Positions 11,846 through 20,346 of a stretch of 64,000 bases of DNA are shown here, in pieces. The notes under the pieces were generated by a model that saw nothing but the letters and a program-made list of their open reading frames with translations, was not told the DNA's origin and did not search any database. The position numbers and the translations under genes were made by a program. The stretch is taken from assembly GCA_965249485.1 (NCBI GenBank), contig OZ252239.1, positions 3,328,001 through 3,392,000 on the forward strand, read 5' to 3'. Each line of letters starts with the position of its first letter. The stretch's first letter is position 1. The DNA comes from a bacterium. GTDB taxonomy: Bacteria > SM23-31.

Positions 11846-12298
11846 TTAGTAAAATAGTGATTCAATCACTTTAGGTATGCGCAGTTTCATATTATCATTG
11901 AGTTCGGCAATCGATTTTGTCAGCATCGATTCAATGATTGTGGATTTAATCTCTGTCCACTTTTCATGAACCGGACAGAGATTTTCCTCCGAACCGCATT
12001 TTTCAAATCCGAGAATACACTTATCAAACGCGTGAAGACCGTCAATGCTGTCAACAACGTCTTTCAAAGTGATTAATTCTGCAGATCGCGCCAGTTTAAA
12101 TCCCCCGTTTGGTCCTTTTACTGAAGCGAGAATTTCTCTTTTAGAAAGTGTTTGCAATATCTTTGCAAGGTACGGCGAAGGTATTTTGAGTTTTTCGGAA
12201 ATTTCCTTAATAGAGTAGAGTGCTTCGGGAGGCTGTAACGACACAAAAACAGTGGCTTGAATACCGTATTCGCAGGATCTACTGAAGAGGAGTGACAT
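11846..12298 (-). CDS. Rrf2-family transcriptional regulator
   Basis: SRSCEYG N-terminus, YLAKIL...SVKGPNGGF winged helix, three C-terminal Cys (CILGFEKC...CPVH). Confidence 0.92.
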   Translation of the reverse strand: MSLLFSRSCEYGIQATVFVSLQPPEALYSIKEISEKLKIPSPYLAKILQTLSKREILASVKGPNGGFKLARSAELITLKDVVDSIDGLHAFDKCILGFEKCGSEENLCPVHEKWTEIKSTIIESMLTKSIAELNDNMKLRIPKVIESLFY

Positions 12299-12322
12299 AT
12301 GATACTCCTTTACAAGTATTAG

Positions 12323-12336
12323 AAGACCTTTTTATC
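12323..12336. promoter_or_regulatory. Candidate Rrf2 operator, copy 2
   Basis: Identical to 11774-11787; 25 bp upstream of the rrf2 ATG. Confidence 0.5.
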
Positions 12337-13306
12337 AGAATATAATTATAAGAACATTAGAAGTCAAGAAAAAAGTGATAAAAATGAGTTTTAATGGGGG
12401 CGAAAGAAATCCACGATGAAGTCCTGCTGCTCGTGCCGCTGCACAAGCCTGCTCTATTTCTTCCTCGGATGCCTGCCGTGAAAGCTCTGAAAACGATCCG
12501 GCTTTAAAACAGGGATAGTATTGACCCATAATATTGATATAGGAATTCTTGCTGAGATGATATGCAACGAATTGGACTATTATATCTGTTTTTGCAAGAT
12601 CATGCGGCATTACCAGATGGCGGATAAGCATGCCTCGTTCAGCTATTCCCTCTGAATTGAAATGAAGGTCGCCAACCTGACGGTGCATCTCCTTGAGTGC
12701 ATCGAACAACCTATCGGGATAATCAGGAGCCTGAGTATATTTTTCGCTTGACGCCTCCTCCGGAAATTTCATATCTGGCATATATATGTCAATGATTCCA
12801 TTGAGATATCGGAGTGTCTCTACCGAATCGTATCCGGAGGAATTATAAACCAGTGGAACGTAAAGACCACGTTCTGCAGCAATCGCAACAGCTCGGACAA
12901 TTTGTGGCACATAGTGTGTCGGTGTCGCAAAATTTATGTTGTGACATCCGAGAGATTGGAGAGAAAGCATTGTTTTCGCAAATTCTTCGGTAGTAATATG
13001 CTTCCCTTCTCCAAGATGGCTGATAGTATAATTTTGACAGAAGATACCTTGGAGGTTACAATACGTAAAGAAGATTGTGCCCAATCCGTTATGTCCTACA
13101 AGAGGTGGTTCTTCACCAAAATGAGGAAATGCACTCGATAGTATAATATCTGCTGGCGCGTTGCAAATTCCGGTTTCTCCATTGATTCGGTTGATTCGGC
13201 ACTCATGGGGGCAAACGGCGCATTCTTCAAGGAGTGATTCAAGCACTACTGCACGTTGATAGAGTTCACCAGTCCGTGATAATGTCAGATAGCCAGGTTC
13301 AAACAT
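12335..13306 (-). CDS. PflX-like radical SAM protein, possibly inactive
   Basis: PHFGEEPPL, GTIFF, DIYMPDMK and RHLVMP motifs. The CxxxCxxC motif reads CNLQGIFC (GGT at 13046-13048). Confidence 0.85.
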   Translation of the reverse strand: MFEPGYLTLSRTGELYQRAVVLESLLEECAVCPHECRINRINGETGICNAPADIILSSAFPHFGEEPPLVGHNGLGTIFFTYCNLQGIFCQNYTISHLGEGKHITTEEFAKTMLSLQSLGCHNINFATPTHYVPQIVRAVAIAAERGLYVPLVYNSSGYDSVETLRYLNGIIDIYMPDMKFPEEASSEKYTQAPDYPDRLFDALKEMHRQVGDLHFNSEGIAERGMLIRHLVMPHDLAKTDIIVQFVAYHLSKNSYINIMGQYYPCFKAGSFSELSRQASEEEIEQACAAARAAGLHRGFLSPPLKLIFITFFLTSNVLIIIF

Positions 13307-13493
13307 GAGAATTCTTTTTGCATAGTAATGTGTTTAAAAGTAATTATTCAAATAATAATGGTAATTATTTATACTGTCAACAAGATAATTAATATATGAA
13401 TTGTTGCTATCAGTTATCAGGAACGTTACCTTTCGAATGTTTGTATTTAACTGTACCTTGATTATGGACATCCAACGTTTGAGATATAATGAA

Positions 13494-15671
13494 ATGAAAG
13501 TGTATCGAATAATAATCATGTACACCATTGTGAGTACTTGTATTGGGTGTACTGCTATGTCTGATGAACAATCAGGCCTCAGAAACCATCTCTCCGAATC
13601 ATCAAGCCCTTACCTTCGAAGTGCGGCACATCAACCCGTTTCCTGGCAGGAATGGAGCAATGAAGCACTTGAAACCGCACAGGAAATGGACCGTCTAATT
13701 CTACTCGATATCGGCGCGGTCTGGTGCCACTGGTGCCATGTGATGGACCGTGAATCGTATGAAAATGAGGAGCTTGCAGAATATATTAACAGCAATTTTA
13801 TTGCTATCAAGGTAGACCGTGACGAGCGCCCGGACATTGATAGAAGATATCAAAAATTTATTCAGATTATTTCCGGCCAGGGTGGATGGCCGCTGACCTG
13901 CATTCTGACTCCGGAGGGAAACGTTATTTACGGCGGCACCTATTTTCCTCCCGAAGACCGGGATGGAAGGCCCGGACTGCGAACAGTTCTATCAACTGTA
14001 TTAGAACGTTACACAATGGATCCCGATAACATTGTTAATAATGCCCGAAATTTCGTTTCTTCTCTGGCAGCCTCAGAAACAAAGAAAACAATATCCGGGA
14101 GTTATGACGAATCGATTATCCAATCAATTATCCGCAGTATTGAAAATAACTTTGATGCAGTAAATGGAGGATTCGGTTCCGGTCCTAAATTCCCGAGTGG
14201 TAGTGCAATTGAACTTACACTAGCTCAATACGACAGAACAGGGGATCCTTTTCTGCTCGAAATTGCAGAGAAAACACTCAAGACGATGGCAAATGGCGGC
14301 ATTCACGATCAAATCGGCGGAGGATTTCACCGGTATGCAGTCGACGGCCAATGGCAGGTTCCCCACTTTGAAAAAATGACACCGGTGAATGCCGAGTTAC
14401 TTCAAAATTATCTCCATATGTACCAACGCACAGGAATTGAACAATATAAAGAGGTTGCGGAAAGTATTGTCGAATATTATGAGACAGAAATGTCAGATAG
14501 GAAACTGGGGGGATTTTATGCGCATCAGGATGCTGATGTATCGCTCGAAGATGATGGGAGTTACTTTACATGGTCACTGGCAGAAATAAAAGCAATCCTC
14601 ACGCCCGAAGAGTTGGAAATTATTACTCTCTATTATGGTCTTTCTGAAGAACCCGGAGAAATACGTGAAGCACCTGACCGCAATGTTTTATCTATCGAAT
14701 CATCTGTCGAAACCATCGCGGACAGGCTTAATAAAAAAGCTACACTCGTGCAACAATTGATTCTGTCTGCGGATGACAAAATGCGCACTGTGCGGCACAA
14801 ACGCACCGCTCCATTTATCGACAAAACATTATTTGCTTCTCATAACGGTTTGATGATATCAGCGTATAGCGAAGCATACAGAGTATTAAAAAGACCCGAT
14901 CTGAAAATTTTTGCACTAAAAACTCTGGACACTATCAATGAATCGCTCTATAGTGAAGGAGAGGGTTTTGCCCACTCGTTAAACGAAAATAGCTCCACTG
15001 ATTTCAGACTGCTTACTGATCAAGTGTGGATGATTCATGCACTTCTTGATGGCTTTGAATTATCGGGAGAAATCCGGTATCTTGACCTTGCTCATGATGT
15101 GATGCAGTATGTTCTCAATGAATTCCAGGATCCCGAAGGAGGATTCCAAGACCGTATATCGGATGATGCAGCTACCGATATTCTTTCTATCATTCAAAAG
15201 CCGGTAAACGATTCCCCGACTGCCTCACCTAATGCGGGAGCAATTCTTGCGCTTGATAAGCTCTATAATCTTTCAGATGAACCGGTATACTATGAGGCTT
15301 CCGAGAGAGCATTAGCGGGATTTGCCGGATCCATTGAAGAATCGGGACTGTATGCTGCCGCATATGCCCTGGCTCTTCTCTACCATATTAACACGCCTCC
15401 TCAGGTAGTTATTACCGGAAGTCGTACTGATCCTGCTACAGATGCACTCTATAAAGCGGCAGTCAGCTCTTACAGACCGGGAAAAGCGGTTTATATCTTT
15501 GATTCAGAATCTATTCCAATTGATAGGGTACCGGATATTGTTGGAGCTATGATGTCAGGTAGTAATTCCGGTGATCTACCTGCTGCTTTTGTCTGTGCCG
15601 GAAAGGCATGTGCTCCCCCTACCGGAGATCCGGAACAGTTGAAGGAAATTATAGCAACATTTGGGCGGTGA
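13494..15671 (+). CDS. YyaL/SSP411 thioredoxin-domain protein
   Basis: SSSPYL, WCHWCHVM, KVDRDERPD, GGWPL, PHFEKM. Start uncertain; 13494 gives a lipoprotein-like leader. Confidence 0.9.
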   Translation: MKVYRIIIMYTIVSTCIGCTAMSDEQSGLRNHLSESSSPYLRSAAHQPVSWQEWSNEALETAQEMDRLILLDIGAVWCHWCHVMDRESYENEELAEYINSNFIAIKVDRDERPDIDRRYQKFIQIISGQGGWPLTCILTPEGNVIYGGTYFPPEDRDGRPGLRTVLSTVLERYTMDPDNIVNNARNFVSSLAASETKKTISGSYDESIIQSIIRSIENNFDAVNGGFGSGPKFPSGSAIELTLAQYDRTGDPFLLEIAEKTLKTMANGGIHDQIGGGFHRYAVDGQWQVPHFEKMTPVNAELLQNYLHMYQRTGIEQYKEVAESIVEYYETEMSDRKLGGFYAHQDADVSLEDDGSYFTWSLAEIKAILTPEELEIITLYYGLSEEPGEIREAPDRNVLSIESSVETIADRLNKKATLVQQLILSADDKMRTVRHKRTAPFIDKTLFASHNGLMISAYSEAYRVLKRPDLKIFALKTLDTINESLYSEGEGFAHSLNENSSTDFRLLTDQVWMIHALLDGFELSGEIRYLDLAHDVMQYVLNEFQDPEGGFQDRISDDAATDILSIIQKPVNDSPTASPNAGAILALDKLYNLSDEPVYYEASERALAGFAGSIEESGLYAAAYALALLYHINTPPQVVITGSRTDPATDALYKAAVSSYRPGKAVYIFDSESIPIDRVPDIVGAMMSGSNSGDLPAAFVCAGKACAPPTGDPEQLKEIIATFGR

Positions 15672-15673
15672 TA

Positions 15674-16276
15674 TCAACGATCGGCGTCTTCCAGGATAAT
15701 CTCTTTATAATCCTCTATTGTATTACAGTTTATCAGCATTTTCGGATCGATACTGTTCATGCAGTGTTCGATCGGTATTATCGTTGTAGTACTCTTGTTA
15801 AGGAGAGAATTGAGAGCGTAATCACCACGCTCAAAAAGGAGACGAGTCTGATTCAGTACATCAATATGAAGGAGAGCTGGAAGCGGTTCTATTAGATTAT
15901 TGTGCTGAAAACATGTTGCATCAGCACCATTTGAATATTTGGCAAGAGTGGTACAAAGTTTATAAGAAAAAAATGGTAAATCGCATGGCACAACAAAAAT
16001 CCAGGGAGTGCATGTTGTTTCCAGGGAAGTATAGATACCCGATATCGGCCCTTTACGAGGAACGCGATCTTGTATGACTGGCAAACCTATAAATGAATAG
16101 TCCTCGGGTGAATTTGCAATTACCACTATGTTCCTGAGTATACCTGAAAGCTGATTACATATATCTTTGATCAGTGGTATGCCGCCAACGTGTACCAACG
16201 CTTTATTCGATCCAAACCGCGAGCTTTTACCCCCGGCAAGAACAACCCCGGTAATATTCGTTAGAGATATGCTCAT
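15674..16276 (-). CDS. mobA: Molybdenum cofactor guanylyltransferase
   Basis: LAGGKSSRFGSNKA, GPISG, PCDLP, NCNT. Confidence 0.9.
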   Translation of the reverse strand: MSISLTNITGVVLAGGKSSRFGSNKALVHVGGIPLIKDICNQLSGILRNIVVIANSPEDYSFIGLPVIQDRVPRKGPISGIYTSLETTCTPWIFVVPCDLPFFSYKLCTTLAKYSNGADATCFQHNNLIEPLPALLHIDVLNQTRLLFERGDYALNSLLNKSTTTIIPIEHCMNSIDPKMLINCNTIEDYKEIILEDADR

Positions 16277-16291
16277 ACAAAAAATTTCAAT

Positions 16292-17245
16292 TTATTCTGA
16301 TTTCGCAAGAGCATGGCACATCGTGGTCTGGCTCGCATAGAATAGGCACCGTACCCAAATCCTGCTTATTAAATAGAGTTGTCCAATGATAAATGCGCCG
16401 GCAATGGTAATCCACGAGGAGATGCCTGCACCCGGTACAACCAACCAATACAGAAACATAATGGCAATCCACACTATTCCTAATACCACATAAAGACCGA
16501 AAGTATTGAGAAAATTTGAAAAAACGACCTTGAACGCTTTTTGTATCCCTAGAATCGGTGCAGACACAACATTCGGAACATCATCTAAAACAATCAGAAT
16601 TTTTGCATAATCGAACACTATATTAACACACCACACAATGGTCCAGAATAGTACATATTGAATAACCGTCCAGAGAAAATGTATCCGCTCATCGATGGTT
16701 TCACGATTCATTTCTTCTACAATAAATGCGAGCAGGCCAAAAAACTGCGTAAATAATAAATAATAGAGAATCCACGATATGAATGCTAAAATAAGAAATC
16801 TGGGAAAAAATCGGACTGCTCCCTGAAAAAATAAGCCATTACCACTTTTATTGTTATACGCCACTAAGAGACCAGCAGCAAAAAACGTCCAGAGAATCAG
16901 ATAAGATACTCCCAGAATTACAAAGCCAATATAACCGCCAAAAAGATTTCCGGAGAGGAAAGAATCAAGACCATTAAAAACTGCTCCGATTTGTGTTAAA
17001 GCGGGATTGAAAGCCGATGCAAGGCCGGTTGCCTGAGCTGAATATCCGCTATACCACAATCCGTCAAAACCGTCAAGCATCCTGTCCGCGGCACTGCTCG
17101 ATCCAAACGATTCATACAATCCATCACCAATAGATACTGCGAAAATGAGTGCAAACACTATATTGACACTAAAAACGAGAGCAACAAACCGTTTTGTATG
17201 CAAAACACTTGTAATTCCATTTTTCAATGCAGCTAGTATACTCAT
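16292..17245 (-). CDS. Polytopic membrane protein of unknown function
   Basis: 317-aa ORF with several hydrophobic helices, downstream of the M1 peptidase. Confidence 0.75.
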   Translation of the reverse strand: MSILAALKNGITSVLHTKRFVALVFSVNIVFALIFAVSIGDGLYESFGSSSAADRMLDGFDGLWYSGYSAQATGLASAFNPALTQIGAVFNGLDSFLSGNLFGGYIGFVILGVSYLILWTFFAAGLLVAYNNKSGNGLFFQGAVRFFPRFLILAFISWILYYLLFTQFFGLLAFIVEEMNRETIDERIHFLWTVIQYVLFWTIVWCVNIVFDYAKILIVLDDVPNVVSAPILGIQKAFKVVFSNFLNTFGLYVVLGIVWIAIMFLYWLVVPGAGISSWITIAGAFIIGQLYLISRIWVRCLFYASQTTMCHALAKSE

Positions 17246-17320
17246 GAAACCCCCAATAATTTATTGAGTTAATCTTTATTACTGAGATATCGTCCACACA
17301 ATAACACTATTCATTCTACA

Positions 17321-19378
17321 TCACGAAAAATATGAAAAGAATTCAATGAAATTCTGGAGCCACAACATCCACTGCGATGCCCATTTTGTTGAGGCGATCC
17401 CCGCATTTGATTCCTTTACCCACGAATTATTGACAGAATTTATGTCAAGAATTAGCTTTCTTTCCGGATCAATAATCACTTTGCTCACTGGTTCCGGATT
17501 TTCATAATCAAATCTGACCCATCTCTCTTTACCATTCCAGTACTCCGATACGCTGTCACCATTTTCAAACTCAACAAGAATATCTACAGGGAATACTGCC
17601 TCTCCCCACCTCCGTATAAATACTCTGGAATGATATTGTTCAGATACATTTTCATCAGTACTTTTTGAAGGTATTGAATCCGGATTATATAAAATATTCT
17701 CCTCGGATTCATCTGCGCTTTCTTGAAACGATGATGAAGTTACCTTTCCTACACCGTAATCATACACGTCTGCCGAATAGAAAGCATCATCGAAAAACCA
17801 GTTCATGTTCTCATCCGAAAACTCATTTACAATGGCGAAGAAATCCTCCGGCTTGGGATGTTTGAATTTCCACCGGTCAAAAAAGGTCGAAACAATAGTC
17901 CTGAACGAATCCCAACCAAGATAGTTTTCAAGTGTCCTGAGCATCATTGACGGCCTGTTATATGAATTGAGTCCATAACTGCCCGGTCCTGTCATCCAGG
18001 AGTGTTTCGACATCGGATCGAGTTTTAACGGAGAATAGAATCCTGCATTAGCATCGGCACCGTCGAACCGCTCCGGTAATTCAGTACCTGCATAGATAAT
18101 CGGGATAAATCCTTCGAAAATCCTGCTTGTGAGCGGTCGCGGAGGATATATTTCTTTCATCGTGCGTGCCTGAGTATATGAATTAAATCCCTCATCGATC
18201 CAGGCATGTTCAAATTCGTTGTTTGCAACAATTCCGTACCATATTTGATGGCCGTATTCATGAATTGTTACCGATTCGGGAGACCGTGTTTCAAATGGTG
18301 AAAGCCAGCGAGTGCCTCCCGTGAAAAATGTCGGATATTCCATGCCCCCTGAACTAGATTGATATGCCGGGTCCACAATCGTCACATGTCCATACGGGTA
18401 TGCGCCAAACCATTGTCCATAATATTTCAAACCGGCTTTGGTTGATTCAAAATACCGTTCAACTTTATCTGCATGATCCGGCATCAGGAGCAACCGGAGA
18501 TCGACCGGAGGCAGCCCATCCTCTTCAAACCGGTCGGTGTGGACGGACAAATAAGGTGATGTCACCCAGGTAAAATCGTGCACATCTTCCTGATGAAATC
18601 GGTGTGAGGTTGTACCATTATTATTATCTATAGTCTCAATCTCTCTGCCTGTTGCACCGATCGTCCAGCCGGAAGGAATTGTTAATTGTACATCATAGAC
18701 ACCAAAGTCCGCATAAAATTCTGTCTGGATAAATTGGTGACAGTTCCATGTTCCGTCTGCTTCAAATACACCTATTTTCGGGAACCACTGAGCAAGAAAA
18801 AAATAATCGCCCCGTGCACCTGTTCGTGCAAATGGTCTCGGAATTTTGGATTCCCAGACGATTTCAAGACTGATCGTTTCACCGGGGCCAACCGGTCTCG
18901 CTAAAGGCAGTCTGAGAACCGTGCGGTCATCGACATTTCCATCATCAGGACTAAATAACTCCAGATCACCTACTACTTCGGATTCCTGAAAACCGTGATC
19001 TCCGATGATTTTCATTGAGCGAATTTTGCAATAAGCCCAATCGTTATCCCGGTATTCGGAAAATTCGAAGCTGTCCAGATATCGTATAGATTGAAAAAAA
19101 GAGGTGTTTTCCCCGCTCCAGGCATTATAATAGAGATGAAATTGAAGCTCGCTGGTAGGAAACTGTGTAATGTTTCTCCAGGTAAGTATTTCAGTCCCAT
19201 TAATGAGGCGGTTCTCCGTGTCCAGATTGACTACCATTGTATAATTTGCGTTCCGTGGACTCAGCGGTTCACCGCTGCCGGCCTGTGCGTTCGCATTGAT
19301 TGGTGAGACTAAAAAACTCAAAATCGGAACTATCACAAAGAAATATATACTTCTCAGTATTACAGGTATATGTTTCAT
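17321..19378 (-). CDS. M1-family zinc aminopeptidase, exported
   Basis: GGMEYP, HEYGH-x18-E and a signal peptide. Start at MKHIP (19378) is assumed. Confidence 0.9.
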   Translation of the reverse strand: MKHIPVILRSIYFFVIVPILSFLVSPINANAQAGSGEPLSPRNANYTMVVNLDTENRLINGTEILTWRNITQFPTSELQFHLYYNAWSGENTSFFQSIRYLDSFEFSEYRDNDWAYCKIRSMKIIGDHGFQESEVVGDLELFSPDDGNVDDRTVLRLPLARPVGPGETISLEIVWESKIPRPFARTGARGDYFFLAQWFPKIGVFEADGTWNCHQFIQTEFYADFGVYDVQLTIPSGWTIGATGREIETIDNNNGTTSHRFHQEDVHDFTWVTSPYLSVHTDRFEEDGLPPVDLRLLLMPDHADKVERYFESTKAGLKYYGQWFGAYPYGHVTIVDPAYQSSSGGMEYPTFFTGGTRWLSPFETRSPESVTIHEYGHQIWYGIVANNEFEHAWIDEGFNSYTQARTMKEIYPPRPLTSRIFEGFIPIIYAGTELPERFDGADANAGFYSPLKLDPMSKHSWMTGPGSYGLNSYNRPSMMLRTLENYLGWDSFRTIVSTFFDRWKFKHPKPEDFFAIVNEFSDENMNWFFDDAFYSADVYDYGVGKVTSSSFQESADESEENILYNPDSIPSKSTDENVSEQYHSRVFIRRWGEAVFPVDILVEFENGDSVSEYWNGKERWVRFDYENPEPVSKVIIDPERKLILDINSVNNSWVKESNAGIASTKWASQWMLWLQNFIEFFSYFS

Positions 19379-19486
19379 GTGCAATTCCCCTATTTTAATT
19401 GAGAACATGTTTGACTTACTAAACATAGAACTATTTTTTCGAAGTTCTGAAGTTTGGATACTTCATCTGATTTATTGAATAAACAT

Positions 19487-20230
19487 TCAGCGTAATTCAG
19501 AAATTAACCTCTTGGCAGAACTGCCGAGCAGCGAAGCGCCCACCGCAATCATTGTAAAATTCTTTTCTATATATGGCTTTACTGCGTCTGCTGATATTCC
19601 AAATATCCCAAGCGGAAGACCCGCTTTAATACCGGTTTCTCTGACTTCATCTATCGCCTGAGTTACTTCGGGGTGAGTTACGTCACCTATTCGTCCCATG
19701 CTGCTGGAAAGATCATACGGTCCGACGAAGAGACCGTCGATTCCCTCAACGTCAACAATCGAATCGATATTTCGGACGGCGGTAATATGTTCGATTTGAA
19801 TAATGACTGCTATATCCTTATTCGCGGTGTCCAGATATTCCTGAAACCTGTACCCATATCCCTGTCCGCGGGATATGCCGACACCTCGCTCTCCGACAGG
19901 TGGATATTTGGTTAATTTGACAATGTTCCGTGCCTCTTCGGCTGAATTTACATGGGGAACAATGATTCCGTCAGCGCCGATATCGAGCATTTTTTTTATC
20001 CGCGCCTCGTCATGCGATGGAAGTCTAACAACACAGTGACATTTATCCTGAGAGGCCTGAAGCATTCTTATAATATCCGACTCATTTATCGGTGAATGCT
20101 CCAAATCGAGAAATAGCCAATCAAAGCCTGATAGTGCCAAAATTTCTGTAACATCAGGAGACGGTAACGATACCAGCGTTCCGATACATGCATCACCCTT
20201 CTTAATCCGTGAAGTAAACGATTCGTTCAT
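19487..20230 (-). CDS. HpcH/HpaI (GarL-like) class II aldolase
   Basis: DLEHS, KYPPVGERG, QIE, GPYDLS. Confidence 0.9.
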   Translation of the reverse strand: MNESFTSRIKKGDACIGTLVSLPSPDVTEILALSGFDWLFLDLEHSPINESDIIRMLQASQDKCHCVVRLPSHDEARIKKMLDIGADGIIVPHVNSAEEARNIVKLTKYPPVGERGVGISRGQGYGYRFQEYLDTANKDIAVIIQIEHITAVRNIDSIVDVEGIDGLFVGPYDLSSSMGRIGDVTHPEVTQAIDEVRETGIKAGLPLGIFGISADAVKPYIEKNFTMIAVGASLLGSSAKRLISELR

Positions 20231-20346
20231 ATCCGTTCATCCATCCTTATTATTTGCATAATGTATCGTTGATTTTTTATAAACAACCTTCGATTACACA
20301 ATAGTTGTTCACCTTCATTTAAACTCTTTGTCACATTGAATAATAA

